Assembly: GCA_031459625.1 (NCBI GenBank)
Contig: JAVKIH010000009.1
Coordinates: 22,339-86,338, forward strand
Reading direction: 5' to 3'
Source of the DNA: Candidatus Geohabitans tengchongensis
Lineage (GTDB): Bacteria; Sysuimicrobiota; Sysuimicrobiia; Sysuimicrobiales; Humicultoraceae
Length of the DNA: 64,000 bases
A program made the position numbers and the translations under genes. The notes under the pieces were generated by a model. That model did not search any database. It had not been told where the DNA came from and worked only from the letters and a program-made list of their open reading frames with translations. Position 1 is the stretch's first letter, and every line of letters begins with the position of its first letter. Below are positions 49,638 to 57,885 of this stretch, one piece after another.

Positions 49638-51374
49638 ATGGTCCGCACGGAGACCTACGAGACCGACGTCCTGGTGCTGGGGGGCGGCCTGGCCGCCCTG
49701 CGCGCGGCGTGGGAAGCGGCGCGCCTGGGGGCGCGTGTGACCGTCTGCGTCAAGCGCAAGCTCGGCCGCTGCGGCTCGTCGGCCATCACCTCGGGCGGCT
49801 ACGCCGTGGCCCACCCGGCCATCACCCCCCAGGACTCGTGGCAGCGCCACTACGCCGACACGCTGGTGGGCGGGGCGCTCATCAACGACCGCCGCCTGGC
49901 CCGGGTGCTGTGCCAGGAGGCGGGGGAGCGGGTCGAGGACCTGCTGCAGCTGGGCGTGCCCTTCGCCCGCCACAACGGGGCCTACCGCCTCTCCCCCAGC
50001 GGGGACCACTCCTCGCCCCGCGTGCTGGTCCCTGTCCACATGCGCGGCACGGACCTGACCCTCCCGCTGCGCGAGGCGGTGCTGGCCTCCGGCGTGCAGC
50101 CGCTGGAGGAGACCCGGGCGCTGGCGCTCCTGGTGGACGACGGACGGGTGGCGGGGGCCGTGGGCCTGAACGCCGACCGCGGGACCCTCGTGGTCGTCCG
50201 CGCCGGCGCCACCGTCATGGGCACGGGCGGCGCCGGGCGCCTCTTCACCGTCACCAGCAACCCGGTGGACGTGACGGGGGACGGCTACGCGCTGGCGGCG
50301 CGGGCCGGCGTCCCGCTGCGCGACATGGAGATGGTGCAGTTCTACCCCTGGCGGGCCATCCGGCCCTTCAAGGGGTCGCGCGTGCCCATCCAGCCCTCCA
50401 CCTTCGCCGTGGGCGCGCGCCTGTACAACCGCCGCGGGGAGCGCTTCATGGCGCGCTACGACCCGGAGCGGCTCGAGTCCACCACGCGCGACATCGCCGC
50501 GCGCGGGATCTTCGACCAGATCCGGCTCGGCGAGGACGTGGAGGGCGGGGTGATCCTCGACCTCTCCGGGGTGAGCGACGAGGACTTCGTCGCGACGAAC
50601 CTCAAGGTCGTCGAGCGGCTCCAGCCGCGCGGCCTCTCCTTCCGCGAGGTCCGGTTCATCATCGCCCCGGAGGCCCACTTCATCATGGGCGGCATGGTGA
50701 TCGACGAGGTGGGCCGTACGCCCCTTGGCGGCCTCTACGCCTGCGGGGAGGCGGCGGGCGGGATCCACGGGGCCAACCGCCTGAACAGCAACGCCATCCC
50801 CGACACGCAGGTCTTCGGCGCGCGCGCCGGCCGCGCCGCCGCCGAGGCCGCGCGCACCGAGCGCCCGGGACGCGTGGACGACGGCGTGCTCCGGGCCTGG
50901 GCCCGGCGGGTCGAGGGGCTCGGCAGCGGCCCCGGGCCGCAGCAGGGCACCCTCGCCGCCCTGCGCCAGGAGCTGCAGCAGGTCGTCTCGCTGGCGCTCG
51001 GCATCGTCCGGACGGCGGCGGGGCTGGAGGCGGGGCTCACCGCCCTCGACCGCCTCCGCGCGCGGCTGGCCGCCACTCCCGTCACCACCGCGGGCGAGTT
51101 CGAGGAGGTCGTGGAGCTGGAGTGCATGGCCGACGCGGCCGAGCTCATGATGCACGCCGCCCTCCACCGCACCGAGAGCCGGGGGGCGCACTTCCGGGAG
51201 GACTGCCCCGAGCAGGACGACGCCGGGTGGCTGCGGACGGTGGTGGTGACCCGCGAGCGGGACGGCGCCTGCCGGGTCGCCACCCGGCCCATCGACCGCG
51301 ACGGGGACGAGACGGTCCTGGGCGGGGCCACCCCCGGGCAGGTGCGGCGCATCGAGGGAGAGTTCGTGGAGTAG
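49638..51374 (+). CDS. SdhA/FrdA/NadB-family FAD-binding oxidoreductase, stand-alone
   Basis: DVLVLGGG.A, GTGGAG, TGDGY, DMEMVQFYP, RD, HFIMGG, ACGE...HGANRL, RTESRGAHFRED. Confidence 0.88.
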   Translation: MVRTETYETDVLVLGGGLAALRAAWEAARLGARVTVCVKRKLGRCGSSAITSGGYAVAHPAITPQDSWQRHYADTLVGGALINDRRLARVLCQEAGERVEDLLQLGVPFARHNGAYRLSPSGDHSSPRVLVPVHMRGTDLTLPLREAVLASGVQPLEETRALALLVDDGRVAGAVGLNADRGTLVVVRAGATVMGTGGAGRLFTVTSNPVDVTGDGYALAARAGVPLRDMEMVQFYPWRAIRPFKGSRVPIQPSTFAVGARLYNRRGERFMARYDPERLESTTRDIAARGIFDQIRLGEDVEGGVILDLSGVSDEDFVATNLKVVERLQPRGLSFREVRFIIAPEAHFIMGGMVIDEVGRTPLGGLYACGEAAGGIHGANRLNSNAIPDTQVFGARAGRAAAEAARTERPGRVDDGVLRAWARRVEGLGSGPGPQQGTLAALRQELQQVVSLALGIVRTAAGLEAGLTALDRLRARLAATPVTTAGEFEEVVELECMADAAELMMHAALHRTESRGAHFREDCPEQDDAGWLRTVVVTRERDGACRVATRPIDRDGDETVLGGATPGQVRRIEGEFVE

Positions 51375-51398
51375 GGAGCGGGGACGGGGCGTCGCGGC

Positions 51399-52160
51399 GT
51401 GGAGCGCGTCGACCTGAACGCGGACGTGGGGAGCGGCTACGGGCGCTGGACGCTCGGGGACGAGGGCGCCCTGCTGCCCTACGTCACCTCGGCGAACGTC
51501 TCCTGCGGGTTCCACGCCGGCGACCCGCAGCTGATGCGCCGGACGGTGCTCCAGGCGCTGCGGGCGGGCGTCCGGGTAGGGGCGCACGTGGGACTGCCGG
51601 ACCTCCTCGGCTACGGGCTGCGGGAGATGCGCGTGACCCCCGCCGAGGTGCGGGACTACGTCCTCTACCAGGCGGGCGCGCTGGCCGCGTTCCTGCGGGC
51701 GGCAGGCGGCCGCCTGCAGCACGTCAAGCCGCACGGCGCGCTCTACCACATGGCCGCGCGCGACCCCGCCATCGCCCGGGGCCTGGCGGAGGGCATCGCC
51801 GACCTGGACCCGCGCTGCGCCCTCGTCCTGCACGGCGAGGTGGCCGCCGCGGCCGCCCGGGCCCTGGAGATCCCGTTCGTCCCGGAAGGGTTCGTCGACC
51901 TGGACTACGGCGCCGACGGGGCGCCGCTCCCCACACCGCGCGAGGTCCGCCTGGCCGTCACCCCGGCCGAGGCGGCGGCGCGGGCGGTCCGCCTGGTGCG
52001 GGACGGCGTGGTCGTGACCCGCGACGGCGTGGAGCGGCCGCTGTCGGTGCGAACGCTGGGGTTGCACGCCGACGGCCCGGCCAGCCCCGCCCTGGCCCGG
52101 GCGGTGCGGGAGGCGCTGGAGGGTGCGGGCGTTCGGCTCGTCCCGCTGGGGGAGCTGTGA
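51399..52160 (+). CDS. LamB/YcsF family protein (5-oxoprolinase subunit PxpA-like), divergent
   Basis: DLNAD.G, TSANVSCGFHAGDP, HVKPHGALY. Confidence 0.88.
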   Translation: MERVDLNADVGSGYGRWTLGDEGALLPYVTSANVSCGFHAGDPQLMRRTVLQALRAGVRVGAHVGLPDLLGYGLREMRVTPAEVRDYVLYQAGALAAFLRAAGGRLQHVKPHGALYHMAARDPAIARGLAEGIADLDPRCALVLHGEVAAAAARALEIPFVPEGFVDLDYGADGAPLPTPREVRLAVTPAEAAARAVRLVRDGVVVTRDGVERPLSVRTLGLHADGPASPALARAVREALEGAGVRLVPLGEL

Positions 52161-52253
52161 GGTCGCCAACGGGTCGGGGAGCCAGGCACGAAGATGAGGG
52201 AGCGGTGCGGCAGACTACAGACCGGCCAGACGGCCGGTGAAAGGGGGAGGCAG

Positions 52254-53203
52254 ATGCTGTCGGTGCGGCGCGTGCTGGGGGCTGCTGGTCGTCCTGGCGG
52301 TGGGGGCGTGCGGACGCGGGCAGCCCACGGGGTCGGCCAGGATCGGCATCGAATCGCCCTGGTCGGTGACCTATCTGCCGACCGCCGTGACCATCGACCG
52401 CCTCAAGGAGCGGGGCATCCGGCTCGAGCCGGTGCTCTTCGAGTCGCCCGAGACGATGACCCAGGCCCTGCAGACCGACCAGATCCACATCGGCAGCACC
52501 AGCGCCGGGACGGTCTTCGCCGCCGTCGAGGCCGGCCTGCCCGCCCGGGCCTTCCTGGGCCTCAACCGCAACAACTTCGTCATGGTCGCCCGCGCCCAGT
52601 ACCGCACCTGCGCCTCGCTGGACGGGAAGCGCGTCGGCATCCACTCCCGCCAGGGGACGACGGGGACGCTCACCGCCTTCTGGTTCGAGCGGGAGTGCCC
52701 GGCGGCGCGGCCCACCATCATCGTCGTCCCCGGCTCGGAGAACCGCATCGCCGGCCTGCTGGCCAACCAGCTCGACGCCACCGCGGTGGACATCCCCAGC
52801 GCCGTCCAGCTGCTGCGCCAGCACCCCCGGGACTTCGTCACCATCGAGAGCTTCGAGGCGCTCGACATCGTCGCCTCGCTGTTCTACGCCAAGCGCGCCT
52901 GGCTGGAGGCCAACCGCTCGCTGGTGCAGGCCTTCGTCGACACCTACCGGGCGGTGGTGGCGGAGGCCTCCCGCGACCCGGCGCCGCTCATCGCCAAGGG
53001 CCGGGAGCTCATCCCCGAGATGGACGCGCAGGTGCTGGAGCAAGGTCGTGCGCGCCTGGCTCGCCCGCGGCATCTGGGCGCCGGTGGCGGCGCTGAACGA
53101 CCAGGCCATCACCACCACCCTGAACTTCCACCGCCGCGGCGGCGGCTACACGAAGATCACGGGACCGGCCGACGTGGTGGACGCCTCCTTCGTCCGCCGG
53201 TAG
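52254..53203 (+). pseudogene. ABC substrate-binding lipoprotein (SsuA/THI5-like) 4 with two +1 frameshifts (pseudogene or sequencing errors)
   Basis: ATG 52254 behind GGAGG; removing one G at 52277-52281 gives MLSVRRVLGLLVVLAVGAC; removing one A at 53042-53043 gives typical C-terminus ...DVVDASFVRR stop 53201-53203. Confidence 0.75.
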
Positions 53204-53226
53204 CCTGACGCGGCAGAGGGTGAGGC

Positions 53227-54033
53227 ATGCACGCGGAGGTCTCGGCGGGACGCGTGGGGCCGGCGAGGGCCGTGCCCCGCCGCTCGCCCTGGGCCGAGCG
53301 GGCCCGCCCGCTCCTCCTCCGCCTCGGCGTCCTGGTCGTGGTGCTGGCGGCCTGGCAGGCCGCCGGGGACGACTCCGTCCGCCTGGCCATGCCCACCGTC
53401 ACCCGGACGCTCCGGGCGTTCCGCGACCTGGCCGTGGGCGGCGAGCTGTGGCGGGCGCTGCTGCAGAGCAACCAGGCCATGGTGGCCGGCTACGCCCTGG
53501 CCCTGGCCGCCGGCCTCCCCCTCGGGGTGGCGATGGGGACGGTCCCGGCGGCGGCGCGCGCCGTGCAGCCCTACCTGACCGTGCTGCTGGCCATCCCCCT
53601 GATCGCCGTCCTGCCGCTCATCCAGGCGGTCTTCGGCCTGGGCTTCCCCTCGCGGGTCGTGGTCGTCTTCCTCTTCGCCGTGGTCTACATCGCCGTGAAC
53701 ACCCGGGTGGGGGTGGAGACGGTCAGCCCCGAGGCTCGCGAGATGGCGCGCAGCTTCGGCGCCACGCCCCGACACCTGCTGCTGCGCGTCGTCCTGCCCT
53801 CGGCCTTCCCCAGCATCATGGCCGGTGCCCGGCTGGGGCTGGCGCGGGCCATCGTCGGGATGGTCGTGGCGGAGCTCTTCCTCGTCAGCGAAGGCGTCGG
53901 CAGCCTCATCGCCTTCTACCGAGAGCGCTTCGACCCGGCCTTCGTCTTCGCGCTAGCCTGCGCGCTGATCGGCGAGGGCGTGCTGGTGGTCGCCCTGGCC
54001 CGGCGCCTGGAGGCGCGGGTGGTGCGATGGTAG
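53227..54033 (+). CDS. Nitrate/sulfonate-type ABC permease
   Basis: EMARSFGA, LPSA.P.I.AG.RLG, VVAE. Confidence 0.9.
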   Translation: MHAEVSAGRVGPARAVPRRSPWAERARPLLLRLGVLVVVLAAWQAAGDDSVRLAMPTVTRTLRAFRDLAVGGELWRALLQSNQAMVAGYALALAAGLPLGVAMGTVPAAARAVQPYLTVLLAIPLIAVLPLIQAVFGLGFPSRVVVVFLFAVVYIAVNTRVGVETVSPEAREMARSFGATPRHLLLRVVLPSAFPSIMAGARLGLARAIVGMVVAELFLVSEGVGSLIAFYRERFDPAFVFALACALIGEGVLVVALARRLEARVVRW

Positions 54034-54896
54034 GGCCAGCCGCACCGCCCGGGGCGCCGGCGATCGAGGTGGAGGGGCTGCGCAAGGTATACGTGGACCA
54101 GCGCACCGGCGAGGTGCTGGTGGCGCTGGACGACGTCTCGTTGACGGTGGAGGCGGGCGCGTTCGTCAGTCTGATCGGGCCGAGCGGCTGCGGGAAGACC
54201 ACCCTGCTCAAGATCATCGACGGCCTCGTCTCCTACGACGCCGGCACCGTGCGCGTGCAGGGGGCGCCGGTGCGCGGCCCCGGGCCCGATCGCGCCGTGG
54301 TCTTCCAGTCCTTCGCGCTGCTCCCCTGGCTGACGGTCCGCGAGAACGTCGCCTTCGGCCTGCGGCTGCAGGGCGCTCCCGAGGAGGTCGTGCGCGAGCG
54401 CTGCGCCCGGTTCATCGCCATGGTCGGCCTGCGCGGCTTCGAGGAGTACTACCCTCGTCAGCTCTCGGGCGGGATGCAGCAGCGGGTCGGCCTGGCGCGA
54501 GCCCTGGCGGTCGACCCGGCCATCCTGCTGATGGACGAGCCCTTCGGCTCGCTGGACGCGCAGACCCGGCACCTCCTCCAGCTCGACCTGGAGCGCATCC
54601 GGGCGGCCGTCCGCAAGACCGTCCTCTTCGTCACCCACGCCATGGACGAGGCGGTCTTCCTCTCGGACCGGGTGGTCATCCTCACTCCGCGCCCCGGACG
54701 GGTGCGGGAGATCGTCCGGATCGACCTGCCGCGACCCCGCACCGACGCCACCCGCCAGGACCCGCGCTTCGTCGCCCTCACCGGGTACATCTGGGAGGTC
54801 CTGCGCACAATGCTGCACGGCGGCCCGCTCGACAGGGAGGTCCCAGGGGGAGCGCCTGCCATGGAGTTCCACACGCGCGACAGCCGGATGGGATGA
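54027..54896 (+). CDS. Nitrate/sulfonate-type ABC ATP-binding protein
   Basis: GPSGCGKTT, VFQSFALLPW, LSGGMQQRV, LMDEPFG. Confidence 0.92.
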   Translation: MVGPAAPPGAPAIEVEGLRKVYVDQRTGEVLVALDDVSLTVEAGAFVSLIGPSGCGKTTLLKIIDGLVSYDAGTVRVQGAPVRGPGPDRAVVFQSFALLPWLTVRENVAFGLRLQGAPEEVVRERCARFIAMVGLRGFEEYYPRQLSGGMQQRVGLARALAVDPAILLMDEPFGSLDAQTRHLLQLDLERIRAAVRKTVLFVTHAMDEAVFLSDRVVILTPRPGRVREIVRIDLPRPRTDATRQDPRFVALTGYIWEVLRTMLHGGPLDREVPGGAPAMEFHTRDSRMG

Positions 54897-55687
54897 GCCT
54901 CTCTGCGCCGCGCCGCCCCTCGCCACTCCCGCCGGTCCGGTGGGGTCACCTGGTGCCGCCCCCGCCCTTCCTGGTCTCGCTCGCGCTGCTGGCCGGCCTC
55001 TGGGAGGCGGCCGGCCGGGCCCTCGACTTCCTCTTCCTGCCCCCGCTCTCCCAGGTGGGGCGGATGCTATGGCGCCTGCTCCTGGACGGGACGATTGCGG
55101 CGGCGCTGGCCGACAGCCTGCTGGCCCTGGCCGGCGGCATGGCCCTGGCGGTGGCGGCGGGGGTGGGGATCGGCACCCTCATGGCCCTCAGCGCGCCCGT
55201 GCGCGAGGCGCTGGAGGTCTACATCGACGCGGCCATGGCAGCGCCGATGGTGGCCTTCGTCCCCGTCTTCATCCTGGTCTTCGGCCTCGGCTACCTGACC
55301 CGGGTGGCGACGGTGGTCATCTTCGCCTTCTTCCCCATCGTGGTGAACACGTTCAGCGCCATGCGCCGGCCGCAGGAGGACCTGCTGGAGATGGCCCGCG
55401 CCTTCGGCGCCACGCCGGCCCAGCTCTTCTGGCGGGTCCGGTTGCCCATGGCCTACCCGGCCATCCGGGCCGGCGTGCAGGTGGGGATGGGGCGCGGGGT
55501 GGACGGGCTGATCACGGGGGAGGTCCTCATCGCCGCGGCGGGGCTCGGGGGCCTCGTGGCCCGTTTCGGCAACGCCTTCACCATGGACCGGCTCTGGGCG
55601 GTGGTCTTCGTCATCGCGGCCCTGGCCCTGCTGGCCGCGCGCGCCGCCGGGGCAGCCCGGCCGCGCTCCCTGCAGGAGACGGGCTGA
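54893..55687 (+). CDS. Nitrate/sulfonate-type ABC permease
   Basis: FFPIVVNT, EMARAFGA, GLGG. Confidence 0.88.
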   Translation: MSLSAPRRPSPLPPVRWGHLVPPPPFLVSLALLAGLWEAAGRALDFLFLPPLSQVGRMLWRLLLDGTIAAALADSLLALAGGMALAVAAGVGIGTLMALSAPVREALEVYIDAAMAAPMVAFVPVFILVFGLGYLTRVATVVIFAFFPIVVNTFSAMRRPQEDLLEMARAFGATPAQLFWRVRLPMAYPAIRAGVQVGMGRGVDGLITGEVLIAAAGLGGLVARFGNAFTMDRLWAVVFVIAALALLAARAAGAARPRSLQETG

Positions 55688-55740
55688 TATCGCCGCGCTG
55701 GAGTCCGGCCGTCCCGTCGGCGGGCCCGATCCTGGCCCAG

Positions 55741-56487
55741 CTAGTGCCGGTCTTCCAGGTCCACCTGCCGCACCAGCCGGCGGAAGCGCCGTTTCGTCTG
55801 CCACCGCCGGTACCAGGCCAGCGGGCTCAGGGTGGGCCCGTCCCGCCGGATGGCCCGCCGCCCGCGCCCGCCCCGTGACCACCCGACCCGCCAGGTGGCC
55901 GGGTCTACCCGCCCCGTCGCCGACGCCCAGGCGACGCCGGGCCCGGCCAGCGCGAACAGCCCCAGGGGGAAGGGGAAGCTGAAGAAGACCAGCGCCGTAG
56001 CCCCCACGGCGATCCAGCGGAACTGCACCGGGAGGACGAAGAAGAGGAGGGCCTGCTCGTAGGGGCGCAGCGCCCCCCAGGCCACGATGGTGCCGGCGAG
56101 GGGCAGCCACAGCCCCGCCAGCCCCACGCCCCGGCCGAGCAGCGCGGCGCCGAGCCCGAGAGCCGCCGCCGGCGCGGCCGTCGCCATCGCCAGGAAGGTC
56201 AGGTAGCGGACGCGGCCCCATGACCGCTCCAGGCTGCCGGCGAACATCCAGAAGACGTACAGGCCCACGAGCAGCCAGAGCGGGTGGCCGGCGCCGACCA
56301 GTGCGTAGGTGAGCAGGGTCCACGGGCGGGGCAGCGCCTCCCAGGTGTGGAAGACGAGCGCGTCGAGGGGTCCGCCGGCGCCGACGAAGGCCAGGAGGAA
56401 GGTGGCGGCGTTGGCCAGCAGGATGGCCCAGGTGACGGGGACGCCGCCGGGCAGGCCGGCCAGGAAGGAAGAAGAACGGGCCGTCAC
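55741..56487 (-). CDS. Rhomboid-like integral membrane protein, probably catalytically inactive
   Basis: PVTWAILLAN, PWTLLTY, FAGSLERSWG..RY pattern; no GxSG; GTG start 56487. Confidence 0.7.
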   Translation of the reverse strand: MTARSSSFLAGLPGGVPVTWAILLANAATFLLAFVGAGGPLDALVFHTWEALPRPWTLLTYALVGAGHPLWLLVGLYVFWMFAGSLERSWGRVRYLTFLAMATAAPAAALGLGAALLGRGVGLAGLWLPLAGTIVAWGALRPYEQALLFFVLPVQFRWIAVGATALVFFSFPFPLGLFALAGPGVAWASATGRVDPATWRVGWSRGGRGRRAIRRDGPTLSPLAWYRRWQTKRRFRRLVRQVDLEDRH

Positions 56488-56783
56488 GGTGCGGGGATCG
56501 TCCGGACGGGGTTGTGGCGGTGGGGCGCCGTCCGCCAGGGGAGGTCGGGACCGGCCCGCCAGGCGCAGGGTTCCGCCTGCACGAGCCGCCCGCCTCCGGG
56601 GCGGTGGGGGGCGCGATCGCGTTCGATCGGGGCGCGCGGTGCGTCCTCCACAGGGTCCACCTTCCGTGCGAGGGTTCTCAGCCGTACCAGGGTGCCCGAT
56701 GCGCTTCCAGCGTAGCAGACCGCGCGCCGCCCGACCCGCCGCCCGCGCCCAGGCCCGGGCGGGTCGCCCCGGTGATGTTGTCT

Positions 56784-56810
56784 TGCTAACATAAGTGAGC
56801 TTTGTTAGCA
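56784..56810. promoter_or_regulatory. Perfect inverted repeat, candidate autoregulatory operator
   Basis: TGCTAACA-N11-TGTTAGCA in an AT-rich patch ~20 bp upstream of the RHH gene start. Confidence 0.7.
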
Positions 56811-56831
56811 TCACGGGAGGGAGGTGTGGTC

Positions 56832-57239
56832 ATGGCCCGAGGGACGACGCTCTACCTGCGCGGGCTCCCCGAGCCCCTGGTGCGTGAGGCGAAGGCGACG
56901 GCAGCCCGCCGCGGGGTGACGCTGGCGGCACTGGTGGCCGAGGCCCTGGTGCAGGTGGTCGGCGCGCCGCCCGCCGGTGCCGCGGCTGCCTCCGGCGCAG
57001 CCGCAGGCGTGGCCGAGAGCATGCGCTGGTTCGAGGCGAACCGCCGCCGCCTGCTGCGCCGCTACCGCGACCAGTACGTGGCCATCGACCGGGGCCGCGT
57101 CATCGACCACGACCGCGACTTCGACGCGCTGGCGCGCCGGGTCTTCGCCCGGGTGGGCACGCGCCCGGTCTTCATGCCCAAGGTGACGGCGGAGGAGCGG
57201 GTCGTCGCGGTCCCCTCGCCCCGGCTGGTCGGCGCCTAG
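56832..57239 (+). CDS. Ribbon-helix-helix DNA-binding domain fused to DUF5678-like domain
   Basis: N-term TTLYLRGLPEPLVREAKATAARRGVTLAALVAEAL (RHH pattern); C-term WFEAN...LL..Y...YVAI..G.VIDHDRD...L...V......PVFM..V; SD GGAGG. Confidence 0.75.
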   Translation: MARGTTLYLRGLPEPLVREAKATAARRGVTLAALVAEALVQVVGAPPAGAAAASGAAAGVAESMRWFEANRRRLLRRYRDQYVAIDRGRVIDHDRDFDALARRVFARVGTRPVFMPKVTAEERVVAVPSPRLVGA

Positions 57240-57242
57240 CCG

Positions 57243-57656
57243 ATGGCGCGCCCGCCGCGGCAGCCTGGTCGGCGCTGGCCCGCCCCACCCGACGCCTTCC
57301 CCTACGACGCCCGCCGCAGTCCGCCGGCTCCCGTGCTCCCGGTACGCCTGGGACCGCCGCGCACCGAGCCGGCCACGGCGGTGGCGGCGCTCGTGGACAG
57401 CGGCGCCGACATCACCGTGTTCCCCGAGGGCCTGCCGCAGGCGCTCGGCCTGCCCCGGGTGAGCGAGGTGACGGTCCGCGGGGTGGCGGGGACGGCCCGC
57501 GTCCCCGTGTACGCCGCCGAGGTGGAGGCGGCCGGAAGGCGGCAGATCGTCGAGGTGGTGGGCCTGGGCGGAGAAGCCTTGCTGGGCCGGGACCTGCTCA
57601 ACCGCTGGGTCGTGACCCTCGACGGCCCCCGTCGCACGATGCACCTCCGGGGATAG
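57243..57656 (+). CDS. Retropepsin-like (clan AA) single-domain aspartic protease
   Basis: ALVDSGADIT catalytic motif, flap-like VRGVAG, C-terminal LLGRDLL. Confidence 0.85.
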   Translation: MARPPRQPGRRWPAPPDAFPYDARRSPPAPVLPVRLGPPRTEPATAVAALVDSGADITVFPEGLPQALGLPRVSEVTVRGVAGTARVPVYAAEVEAAGRRQIVEVVGLGGEALLGRDLLNRWVVTLDGPRRTMHLRG

Positions 57657-57885
57657 CGTGGCCTCTCGCCCCGCGCGGCCGGAGGGGAGGGGGGAGAGCT
57701 GCACGTCCGAGCGTGGGGCCCACACCGCGCGGTGCCCACACTCCACATCTGGACTGCGACGTCGAACGCCTGGGCATGGTCTTGGAGAGGACGACGCGTG
57801 AGGAGGTCCCCGGCCCCCGGTCCCGACGCCGCCCCGGGGCGTTGAGAGTAGCGGGTCAGGCCGCAGTGCAGCGTCGGGGGTCTTG

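Noticed and set aside
49638..51374. Succinate dehydrogenase sdhA or nadB
   Set aside because: No sdhBCD or nadAC neighbours and key His residues are missing.
49194..52169. Very long antisense or alternate-frame ORFs (also 3251-5722, 12610-14949, 18348-21317, 62050-63897)
   Set aside because: Shadow ORFs expected at very high GC; they overlap genes with clear family motifs and have none themselves.
53100..53208. His-rich tail (GHHHHP) on the binding protein
   Set aside because: Product of the frameshift at 53042-53043; the correct frame reads AITTTLNF.
57243..57656. Retroelement or prophage remnant
   Set aside because: No reverse transcriptase, integrase, capsid or terminal repeats; stand-alone retropepsins are common in bacteria.
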